Origin: the human T2T-CHM13v2.0 reference genome, Homo sapiens
NCBI RefSeq assembly: GCF_009914755.1
Contig: NC_060931.1
Strand: one strand, 5' to 3'
Length of the DNA: 64,000 nucleotides
Shown: in pieces, positions 39,189 through 50,560 of the stretch
How the letters are laid out: every line of letters begins with the position of its first letter
How positions within the stretch are numbered: the stretch's first letter is position 1
Made by a program: the position numbers and the translations under genes
Notes under the pieces: generated by a model
The model's database searches: none
What the model was told of the DNA's origin: nothing
The model's input: only the letters and a program-made list of their open reading frames with translations

Positions 39189-39558
39189 AGTGTTAGGCCA
39201 TTCTTGCTATAAATAAATACCTGAGACTGGGTAATTTATAAATAACAGGTTCAGTTGGCTCATAGTTCTGCAGGTTGTGTAGGAAGCATGGCACCGACAT
39301 CTGGTCAGCTTCTGGGGAGGCCTCCAGGAGCTTATACTGATGGTGGAAGGCAAAGTAAGAGCAGGCATCGCTCACAGGGGAGGCACCACACTTTACAGCA
39401 ATCAGATCTCATGGTAACTCACTCACTATCTGAGGACAGCACCAGACCATGAGGGATCACCCCCATGAGCCAAATACCTCCTACCGGGCCCCACCTCCAA
39501 TACTGAGGATTATAATTCAACATGAGACTTGGGTGGGGACAAATACCAAACTGTATCA
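39189..39558 (-). mobile_element. MST (MSTA-like) MaLR solo LTR
   Basis: gtgttaggccattcttgctataaataaatacctgagactgggtaattt...ggggacaaataccaaactgtatca; TSD GTGGG at 39184-39188 and 39559-39563. Confidence 0.9.
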
Positions 39559-40904
39559 GTGGGTTTTCCTTCCTATGGTAAAAAAAAATCAGCTTCTTCT
39601 TATCCCCAGCTGTGGTGGTAATATTCTGGAAAGCCAGCCTTTAATAAGCGTGCAAAGGCTGTGTTTTTCCCTTGGTGGGTAGAGGCAAGGAAAGGAAAAA
39701 GACATGGGGCTAGCACACTGCCTGCCTGCTGTGGATCTGGAGCTAGCCTGGGCCCAGGGACCATGAGGGGAATGAGGACTATTTCTACCATAGAGGAGCA
39801 TAAGGCCTTCTTAGGGAGAAAGATATGTAAACAACACTTAATGCAATGGAAGTCACATGAGAAAGGGGACTGTAGCTTGTGGAGGAGGCGAAGGAAGATT
39901 AGACAGACTGCAATTGGCCTCATTTTAGCAGATGAGGAGATAAAATAGGAGGGAAATAACAGTCTTTAGAGTGAAAGCAGAACTCTACAGAGCTGACACT
40001 AAGGCCTGCACCCTTCCCTGTGTCACATGGCATGAGACAAAACATTCATGCACGATGCAGTGGGGCATGGTCTGTGTTACTGTCGCCTGGCTCATGCTTT
40101 AAGACACAGACTCCTACTCCTGAGGAGGAATGTGTCCAAGGGAGTGCAGGGGCCCTGTGGAACAAGAGGAGGCTCGCTGGTCTCCCTTTGGCCTTGACTG
40201 ATGTTGCTGAGAAGAGAGCCCCTTCACGCAGGCGTCTTCAGGGCTCCCGCAGCTGGGGCCTCGCTCTGTGTACTGTTCTGGAGATTGCTGAGGCTAAATA
40301 TTACTGCAGCTGGGAACACTCAGGAAGCTTGTTCCCTTACAAATGGCAATCTTTACTCAGGTACCTGAGGAGCAAAATGGCAATCCGTGTAGCATAATGC
40401 AGAGAGAGTCCACAGGATTCTCCTGCTCTCTGGAATACCACCCCAGAACACGTCCTCCCTTGTGCTTTCTCCCATGCCCATCAGACTTGGCTGTGGGCAC
40501 AAGGGAAGGAGGAGTCAGGATGGGAACCAGAGCTGTCATGGGAAGACAGCACAGGCCACGCAGCACCAGGTAAACTGGATAAATTGGAAGACGGTAGTGA
40601 ATCTGCAGCCACACGATGAAGAGTTTTAAAGGGGATGAAAAGGAGACACAGGTGGAGCATATTTCCACTGAGCACAGAAAAAGAGAACAGTAATTTCCTT
40701 TACATGTCTATTTGGAAATCATTGAGTATTTATAATATATGAGAAAGAGGTTGGAATACACTCAAGAGTACATTAAAAAATATAAAACCTGATTCTTTTT
40801 TGCAAAGGATTTACAACCCCAATAATTAACCATGATGCATTGCATGTAAAATGCCAAAAAAGTGATACAAAATATTCTACAAAGGAGGAAGACGTGTTGA
40901 AATT

Positions 40905-41085
40905 TGTTAAGCATCTGTTAGAGCTGTCACTTAGTATGAGCAAGTTAATTTAATCTTTGCACAACCTTAGATTATAGGTGTAATGAATATTATTTTGCAG
41001 ATTAGGTAATCATGTCCCAGAAATGTCAAGTAAGTTACCAATGTCACTCAGCTAGCCCGTGGAAGAGGTAGGCTTCCCACTCTCC
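40905..41085 (-). mobile_element. MIR SINE, degenerate
   Basis: attttgcagattaggtaa...gtcaagtaagttaccaatgtcactcagctag. Confidence 0.5.
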
Positions 41086-41530
41086 CTAGAGCAATTGCTC
41101 TTTCTCTTGGAAAGAAAAGTCTCCTGCATCTAAGTCAAAGCACGGGAGTTAATCATGCAGCTGATTTTAGAATCACAGGCTCCCTAAGTCAGTGTGGGTC
41201 ATCTGCTTAAGACCCTGGTCATCTAACAGAGAGACATCCACGCAGGAGTGAAGGCCATGGCCTACAGTAGATTTTGTAATGAGAAGTCACTCAAGCCTGA
41301 ATGATGACAGAAATCACAGAGAGGAAATGGAATACACTGTTGAGATGCTAAGTCCCAAAGAGGTCAGTCATGCCTGGTGAAGTAAGTTTTGAGAGTGAAT
41401 TGGTATGTGGGAAACATGTGGTGAAGACAAGGGGTTGAAAGCTGAGGCTTGAGTAAGGCCAAATGGATTCAGTGCTGAAGGCCCACATTTTGATTATGTT
41501 GGCTGTACAGCACCATGACTCAGTTATCTG

Positions 41531-41822
41531 TTTTTTTTTTTTTTAGATGGAGTCTCACTCTGTCGCCAGGCTGGAGGGCAGTGGCACGAGCTCAGCTCAC
41601 TGCAACCTCCGCCTCCGGGTTCAAGCGATTCTCCTGTCTCAGCATCCTGAGTAGCTGGGACTACAGGCATGTGCCACCACGCCCAGCTAATTTTTGTGTT
41701 TTTAGTAGAGATGGGGGTTTCATCATGTTGGTCAGGATGGTCTCGATCTCTTGACCTCGTGATCCGCCTGCCTCGGCCTCCCCAAAGTGCTGGGATTACA
41801 GGTGTGAGCCACTGTGCCCAGC
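41531..41822 (-). mobile_element. AluSc-like, full length, 14-bp TSD
   Basis: Sc-type ctgtcgccaggc and aggatggtctcgatctcttgacctcgtgatcc; TSD TGACTCAGTTATCT at 41516-41529 and 41823-41836. Confidence 0.93.
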
Positions 41823-42849
41823 TGACTCAGTTATCTTTTTAAAGCACCTCTGCATGCTGGATCAACCTGTGAGATGCATCTGCAGAACATCTTGAACGTG
41901 CCTGACTCAGAGTCTCTTGGAAGATGTCCAATGCTGAAACCTTGCTTGATCCAAGGCAGCATGGTTCATATTCTTATATAGTATAATTATAATGATTATA
42001 TTTTAAATTAAATTCATTTGGGATAAAAAAGGTAAACTAAAAGATATGTGTTGGGAGGTAATAAATCTCCAAATACATTGTTGTCCCTAGATTCAGTATT
42101 GAATAACTTTGATTTTATATGCTTTTAAAATGTACTGAAACCTCTTAATAATTGCTGGTTTTTCCAACGAGAGGCTTGATGTCAAAAATAAGCCGGGAAT
42201 ACCTAGTGTTCCAGCTCCATATTCTACCCTGCACATAAAAATAGGCTTTTGAAGTCCAGCAGAGCCAGGTAAAGGGAAAAGATGTTGCAAATAGACTCTC
42301 AAGTCATCTACTCTGACTCCACCAAAACCCACAAGTGAAGCAATGATTTATGATCTGACTCACAATTGAAGAGTCTGCACAGAAAGAAAAAAAAAACAAA
42401 AACAAATTAATAACCATAAAGAGGAAGTGCATATTTCCTACACTTCATTATTTTTTCTTTTTATCTACCATCCCATCAAGCCTGGCAGTGATCGAGCAGG
42501 GTGAAATCATTGTTTCTTTTTTATAAATCAACATGGGTAATGTTTGAGTGCAGAAAGATCTGGTATTTCACTATTTATGGGTGCATAGCTCTGTCTGTAC
42601 TCACAGTTCCAACAGCACGTTCACTTACTTTTAACTTCTGACTCAAAGTAACCCTGCAGAATCTGTATTCTTATCCCACTTTGCAAATTAGGAAAATGAG
42701 CCTCACATTGGTTTACACACACGTGACAATGAAACAATTATTGCTTGGGTGAGAAGGGCAGTGAATGCTATAATACGATAGTTTCCAAAAATTTCCAAGT
42801 TGGAAGCTTCTGGGATAGGCAAACGAGACAAAGTAAATACATTTTCTTG

Positions 42850-43040
42850 TAGTTAGGATATAAGGTTCTGAAATCAGACAGTCTGGATTCAAAACCCAGT
42901 GCTGCTGCCTTACCCATTTTCTCTAAGTTCCAGTTTCTTCACCTGAAAAATAGGAATTGCGTAGTACCTTTAAAAATGTAGATATAATAATATGGCAAAA
43001 TAATGGAAAGAATTATGTGAGGATAAAGCACAGGTGATAA
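42850..43040 (+). mobile_element. MIR SINE
   Basis: ggttctgaaatcagacagtctggattcaaaacccag...cagtttcttcacctgaaaaataggaat. Confidence 0.65.
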
Positions 43041-43222
43041 AAAATTATTAAAGGAAATTTTACCTAGTATTTGATATTCTTTACACAGTTTAGTGATACA
43101 GAAATTATTTATTATTTCTCTTGTCAAGAGTGGGATTATAGATCAACAACTGGGAACACTAACTGTCCAGCAGAAGATGAAAAGTCAGAGTCCCTTGGGA
43201 GCCCTGACGCTACCAGAACTAA

Positions 43223-43278
43223 CAGAGACAGGAGTGCTGATCAGATGTCAGAGACAGGAGTGCTGATCAGATGTCAGA
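43223..43278. repeat. Perfect 26-bp tandem duplication
   Basis: cagagacaggagtgctgatcagatgt at 43223-43248 and 43249-43274, plus partial caga. Confidence 0.95.
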
Positions 43279-45223
43279 ATCTGGCCAGTGTAGTGAAACC
43301 ATAAAAGATGCAGACATTTCCAAACACAAGCTGACACTGGGACCGAGAACCACCTCTTTCCTACAGCACCCAACCACTCTCCCAAGTCTGGGCATCAGAC
43401 ATTGCCATGGCTGGCTTCCCACCCAATCTTTAAGGTGCATTTCCATCTCTTCAGTTCAAATTAGCAGGAAATTCAAGAAGATGCTTGCAAGTCAAGGCAA
43501 TGGATCCTTGGGGCAATGGGGACAGAGGAAGGGACTTGCATACGAGAGGCTAAACTGGGCTAAAAAGAAGAGTTCAAGAAGTGGATAGAGAGAATTTGGA
43601 AGTGGAGAAAAGAAGAGGTGACATGAGCAAAGGTACACAAGGCAGACTTTGACACCATGGTGCTGGCCTCACCGGGCCTCTATGGTGGTGTCCCCTCATA
43701 GGACTCAGGCAGGAAACATGACAGTGTAGGGAGAAAGACACAACAAATCCTTTTGTCTCCCCTCCTGCCTCTTGGGTTTCTCAGTGAAGATTCTGTTGGC
43801 AAGATAAAAAGGAATTACAACAATCAATCTTCTTTTGGTGTTTGTTTTTCTTCTCTCTCCTTTTGGGAGCATTGCTTTGTGTCTGGCTGTGAGTTCAGTC
43901 CACAGACACAGTAGGATTTTGAGTCATTCCCCTCAGGCTTTCATTCTGGCACTGGTAAATGCTACTCATGAGACAGTGGACCTTGCTTTTATCACCTTTA
44001 AAGGGAAATAACAATACATATCTCTTTCTGGGTTACTGGGAGGGATAAACTCTTGTGGAACACATTACTCAGATTGTGCTTCATAAAAGACACTTTCTAA
44101 TCCTTGACATAGCTTGAGCCATAATCAAACATAGCACGGAATGGCAAATAGAGGCTCAATAAACATTTATTGGAGAAGAAAAGAAACATGAATAAACCAA
44201 ATGAATAAAGTACATCAATTTGGGCTTAAATAGAGACACATCCTAAAGATAAGACTGTAAGGCAAGGATATAGGCCATGGATAAGACAAATGCCAAGCCC
44301 CTGTTTTCACTGGTAAACCAAGGCCAGCTGAAAGGACAGGACTACACAAAACACACAAGGCAAAATCCCTATGTCCCCACCACCCTGTCCTCAGTAAAGA
44401 AAGTTTCTTGGAAACATCTGAAATCTATGCGGAGCCACGGAAGAAACATAGCAAAAAAGAAAGAAATTACACTTGAGAAGGCTTTATCTAGTTAAATAAA
44501 ATTACACTAAAATTTAAAAATAAATAAATAAATAAAGGATTCAAAACTCAAATTTAGAAGAAGGCTAGATTGTTGTTGTGTTGTTGTTGCTTTTTCTTCA
44601 TCCAGAAGACAGAACCAGAGTCGCTGGATGGGATGACTTCATGCGCAAGACAGGAAGGAAGTGGGTCCCACAGACTCATGCCAAGAGTCTCGCAACCCCC
44701 TTAAGGGCAAACATTCCCAGCACACTAATCCTGTCACAGCCAGGCCAGCCAACCCTCATACTGAATCCCTCACCTTGAGAAAGTCTACTGTTTTGATGTA
44801 ATCATCAAAGGCTAATGGAAAAGAATAATATTATTTCATAGTTTAAGAGTAAAGAAAGAGACATCTGGAATTAACTTTGAATGAGAAAGATACTTATCTC
44901 ATAGGCTACATGGAGAAAAAAAGGGAGTAAAGCCCCCTGGGCAGTATTCAACATTGAGGACAGAACACTGAAAACATACATTATTTTAATCACTGAGGTG
45001 CAAAAAGAAAAAAAAAGAAAAAATGTGTTCTCTAAAAATCAGGCCTTTTTATCCACCACTGTTTCTGATTTGCATTGACCTATTTCCTTTTTAGAGGAAA
45101 ATGGGCTGAAAAAAAATTTTAAAATAAGCTTTAGAACCAGACAAACACAGGTCAGATTCTGAGTTTTCACTGAAATAAGCTGGATGGTATCAGGCAAAGT
45201 GGTTCTAATTGTGGCCTTGAGTG

Positions 45224-45388
45224 TAAGATTGCCAGATAAAATACAGGGCACCCAGATCTCAGACAAGCAACAAATAATGTTTTAGTATAAGGATGTCCCC
45301 ATTCTTATATAAGAATTATTTATTGTTTACCTAAAATTCAAATTTAACCAGGCAGTCTCTATTTTTATTTGTACATCTAGTGACACTC
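45224..45388. mobile_element. MER53 palindromic hAT-type MITE, internally deleted
   Basis: gattgccagataaaatacagggcacccag...tttagtataaggatgtccc...aaattcaaatttaaccaggc matches the recalled MER53 palindrome. Confidence 0.75.
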
Positions 45389-45631
45389 ATCTTCGACAGT
45401 AGGAATAAAACTATTGACCTGCACTGTCATTTGGAGATTAATAGTGATAGACATAAATCATGTAGCAGAGGGCCTGACATGTAGGAAATACTCCAAGCAG
45501 TAACCATTTAATACTTTTACTTTAATTTCATCCTGAATAAGAATCATGTGTTATAAAGCTGGATATCCCCATTTCAGTGCATGCTTTATTTGGATTCATT
45601 TTTATTAAATGTGAGGTGAAAAAATTTCATA

Positions 45632-46245
45632 GTAGAGGAAAGGGAATGTTTATACACTGCTAGTGGGAATGTGAATTTGTCTAGCCACTGTGGAGAGCAG
45701 TTTGGAGATTCATCAAAGAACTAAGAGAAGAATGACCATTCAACCCAGTATTCCCATTACTGGGTATATACTCAAAGGAAAATACATCATTCTACCCAAA
45801 AGACACATGCACCCTTGTGTTCATCACGGCACTATTCACAATAGCAAAGACATGAATCATCCTTGGGGTCCATCAAAGATGAATTGATAAAGAAAATGTG
45901 ATATGTACACACCATGGCATACTATGCAGCCATAAAAAAATATGTCTCTTGCAACAACATGGTGGCAGCTGGAAGCCATAATCCTAAGTGAATTAATGCA
46001 GAAACAGAAAACCAAATATCACATGTTCTCACTTACAAGTTGGGGCTAAACGTTGGGTCCATATGGACATAAAGACAGGAACAACAGACACTGGGACTAC
46101 TAGAGAAGGGAGAGAAGGAGGAAGGTAAGGGCTAAAATAGTACTTATTGGGTACAATGCTCACTACCTGGGTAACGGATTCATCCATGCTCCAAACCTCA
46201 CATGTACCCTTGATTTGAAAATAAAAGTTGAAAAGAAGAAAAAAT
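45632..46245 (+). mobile_element. 5'-truncated L1PB (L1PB4-like) 3' end
   Basis: End of ORF2 and 3'UTR acagacactgggactactagag...atgctcactacctgggtaacgg...gaaaataaaagttg. Confidence 0.85.
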
Positions 46246-46651
46246 TAAAACTATTTTTGAAAAAACAGAAGTATCAACCAAAAAATGAAGCAAAATCAGA
46301 GACAATTTCATAAGGAAACTTGCTGAAAAGTTCATAAGAAGTATAAGTAAATAAAATACATATATACAAACTAAATGCATATCATATAATTTGCCCGCCT
46401 TTACCAATGAACTAAGTTTGCTCTTTAGGGTCATCAAAGTGTGCTGCATCCTGGGCCTTCCCATGAAAATCTGCATGTGTGAATGCACGCCTCATGCAAT
46501 ACAATGAAGAAGATGAAGAACAAAGAATGGGCACTTGAATGTCCCAGGGTGTGCCTGCCTCCAGGGCACATTCAGAGGCTGAGCTCGAATGTGTTTCCCT
46601 CATAATGCCCTTATTTCATGACGTGATTTTAATGGTAGTGAACTTGAATAG

Positions 46652-47198
46652 CTTAGCACAATGTCCTCCAGACTCATCCATGTTATCTCAAATGTCAGGA
46701 TTTCTTTCTTTTTAAGACTGAATAATATTCAATTGCATGTATGTGCCACATTTTCTTTATTCATTCATCTGTCGTTGGATATTTGGGTTGTTTCCATATC
46801 TTGACTATTGTGACTAATGCTGCAATAAACATAGAAGTACAGATATCTCTTCAAGATCCTCATTTCAATTCTTTTGGATTTATATGCAGAAGTGGGATTG
46901 CTAGATCACATGGTCACTCAGGGGTAAAAAATGAGGAAAAATGAATAAGTTCTAGATATCTAGTCTACAACATAATGCCTATAGTTAATAATACTGTATT
47001 GTGTACTTTAAAATATGTTAAGATGGTAGATCTCATGTTGTTTTCTTATTGAAAAAAGAAAAAAGTACAAGGAAATGTAGTACCTTGATTGAGGTGACAG
47101 TATCATGGGTGTATGCAGATGTCTAAACTCATCAAAATGTATGCATGAAATATGTGCAATTTTTGTATATCAATTATACCTCAAAAAAAACCTCTAAA
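46652..47198 (+). mobile_element. L1MA9/L1MB-like insertion with an inverted 5' segment
   Basis: 46652-46914 is antisense L1 (end of ORF2/3'UTR); ~46940-47190 is sense 3'UTR ending tatatcaattatacctcaaaaaaaa; flanked by AACTTGAATAG / AACTTGAACAG. Confidence 0.8.
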
Positions 47199-48924
47199 AA
47201 CTTGAACAGTTTTAAAAGTAATTATTTTAGAATATTTAACCTTAATATCTCCTTACTCTGATTCCTGCAGTGACAGGAAAGGAGGAGCCCAGCCCTGTGG
47301 TTTGTTTCAGTTTGCCATCCTCAGACAAGCCTGACACCTGGAATCAGGTTGTTGGTATTTGTCCTATGAGTTGCCTTCTGGAAGCCCACATAGCCCAACA
47401 TGTAAGCATTATGGATGGGGTACGTATTCCGTATAAGATTTTTAAGTTTTCAAAACAGAGACAGAGACAAAGAGAGGAGAAAGAAAGAGAGGAAGGGAGG
47501 GAAAGAGAAGATATTAAGTTAAATCATGAATAAACACATCCAGTAAATACTCAGCCCACAGCTGTGTTAAGTTTTCATCCCCCCCATGGTAGGCACAACA
47601 CTATTTGCTGAAAAGAAAAAAGGCAGATACAAGAGATCCAGATCTTATGATTTATATAATTTGAACTCTTGATCTTATGGATCTTATGGACTAACAACAA
47701 ACTAAAAATATCTAGAGAGAGAAAGGTATTTACCCATGGACACCTGGCCAGTTGGTAGCAGGGCTAAGCTTGAGAGATGAATCTCCTCCTGGTCCCCAAA
47801 CCTGGGCTCTTTCTACTTCCCAAGTCCTCTCCAGGTATCCTGCAGACAGAGCCCTTGGGTCTGGGTGAAGAAGCTTCTTTGTATTACATTGGTCAAGTCT
47901 TCCTGTTCTGATGAGTCTGGCTTCAGCTCTCAACCAGGGAGTTCTTGAATTTCACTTCTTTTTACCACTATGGAAACTTTCCTCTTTCCCAAATTACAAT
48001 CAATGAAGTATTGAGCTAGGCTTCTTCTAGCATCTAACTATTATTTGAAATATTTTTCTACAAAATTGATATTTGAGACCTAAGCAAGTGATAAATGAAC
48101 TTTTTGAGACAACTGTGTTCACAATTTGAGGACTATCAAGTCATGTGATAATAATTTGTATATGTGATGTGCTTTGACAGAAAGATTTTCAAGACATTCT
48201 GTCCAATGGAAGCTGTCAGCAGGTGATACTTCGAGAACCTTAGGAGGCTTCATAAGTGGTGGGGAGTACAGCCATGCACTGCTTAACATACGCTTCAAGT
48301 TGGCACCCTCACTTATATGAATCTTATCACACACTGCCTTACACATTCACACACAGGCACCAATATGCAGGTTGATAAATTAATATCTTGCATTTTCCCT
48401 CATCTTCAGAAGCCTAAAATTTTGAATCTTCCTGGTTTGTGTTTTGAATAAAATTGCATGTTAATATTTTCTTTCTTTTCCCTAATAAATGTACCTGCTT
48501 AAAACTTAAAATCTAACTTGAAATATATTCATAACCAGTTGAATTTCCCTTTATATCCTTTCTTATCAATCCTTGAAATCATCAAACACCTTTCTCTGGA
48601 ATTGAGTCTGAGGGGTACATGGATCTGGGGAAGGAGGAGAACTTGAGGGAGTACAGTTCTGTGATTGGTTTCTGAAAGCCCTGCTCTTTGCATTTTGCAT
48701 ATCTTGACATGTCACAGCCGTTGGCCTTCCCGTGGTTAGGCATTTACAAGGGATGGTGGGAAGGAAATAAGTGGAAGGAAATCGAGTCTTTGTAGTCTGT
48801 GCCCAAAAGGGTAAAACTGAAAGATCTGCCAAGGCCTTCTCCGTGGGACACATACGTGAAAGTTACCTTACCTGCAACTTTCTTCCAAACTGACAACAGG
48901 AGTAACAACTGTATACCCACATAT

Positions 48925-49120
48925 ACTAGTGACTTCCACATGTAATTTCTGTCTTGGACCCTTCTGCTAAAGTCCAGACCCACATATCCAAGAGCCTGTT
49001 GAAAGTCTCCTCCGAGATGAATGGGCCTGCCTAGAGCACCACTCCCAACACTGAGTCCATCGTCTCCACTCTTTCTCATCCATCACCCGCCCACCATCCA
49101 CCTACCAAAACCCAGATGAT
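48925..49120 (+). mobile_element. L2 LINE fragment
   Basis: gacttccacatgta...gtccagacccacatatccaagagcctgttgaaagtctcc. Confidence 0.55.
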
Positions 49121-49329
49121 CCGGTGGCGAGTGAAGTAGTCGGAGTCCCTGCCCTAAAGGTAGTGGCTTCCAGTCAGAGACAGCAGGCAGCTGATCCACC
49201 GCAGCCTCCCTGCTCTCTGTCCCCAGGAAGCTGCACTTTCCTATAAACTGCATGGCCCAGGTCACAAGGAGGCAAATGTCACATGATGGAAACTCGTGGA
49301 TACTTCAAAGAGCCCCTTGTTTTCTTAAT

Positions 49330-50560
49330 ATTGGACATGCAACCATTCTCCATAAATGGGTATTTGGATGGTTCCCACATTTGCACTATTACAGACAATG
49401 TCATATTTAATCACAGTGTTGCTGTCAGCACAAGATGGAATAGAGGATGCGTTCACAAGCAGAAATGCTGGGCTTAGAGTGTGCCCCTTTTCAAATTTGC
49501 TGGATATTTCTAAATTGCTCTCTAAAGTCATGCCAATCTGTGGGCCCTCAAGCAAGCAAGCTATCTCTCCACATCTTCAGCAGCATTTGGTATTATGACA
49601 TTGTTGTATTTTTGCCAATCTGGTTTGTGTGAAGAGGTTTCTCAGTGTTGGCTGCATGTCTGTGACTCTGATTACTAGGGAGACTGAGAACCTTTTAGAT
49701 GTTTATGAGTCACACATGCCTCTTGTGTGAACTTCTTGTTTATATTTTGGCAACTTATCTATCAGATTGTTTGTTTGCTTTCTCATTTTGATAAATTACT
49801 TTAATATTCTGGATACTGATCAGTTTATTATAGATGTTATAAATATTTTTCCCAAATGCTCTCTATCTTTTAGCTTCTGTTGTAGCATGTTTTTTTCAAA
49901 ATGAGGTTTTTAGATTGATGTAGACTAATCTTTTTCTGTATGAGTTGCTCTTTTTATATTTTTTCTAATATATACTTTCCTTTTCAGATCATAAAGTATA
50001 TTTTTATATGTTCTAACAATTTTCATTTGAGATATACACATATTTTCTTGATTCTCTCTTCTATTCTATTGATGTGTGTATTCATTCCTAAGTTAATCTT
50101 GTTATAGCTTATGTAGCAGGCCATGTCCACCTTCCTTGCTAAACTTTTTCACAAACTTTGCTCTCTTACTTGAGTTTTCTTACTCCAAATGCATTCTAGA
50201 ATCATGTGTCAAATTCTTATTGTTATTTGGAAATAAGTTATATAGACTGATTTATGCATCAATAAAATCCTCATAACTTTGATTCTTACCACAATTAAAT
50301 ATGGACTATGTAATTTTAAATTAAGATATTCTTTAATATTTTCATATATTCAATATCATTTTATATATGTTCTCCATATTTTGGTAAACACTTTGTTACC
50401 TTGATTCCCGGGTGAACCCATAGTTTTATTTCCATTACAAGTGGTGTGTTCCTGCATCTGTATTTCTTGGTTGCTTCTCACTGGTTTACGCTAATGTCAT
50501 CATTTTGTGCTTTGATCATATATCCAGCGATTCTGATTAACTTTCATTTTAATTTTAATG
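49330..50560 (-). mobile_element. Ancient L1ME-like fragments
   Basis: aaccattctccataaatgggtatttggatggttccc...cacatcttcagcagcatttggtatt; highly degenerate. Confidence 0.6.
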
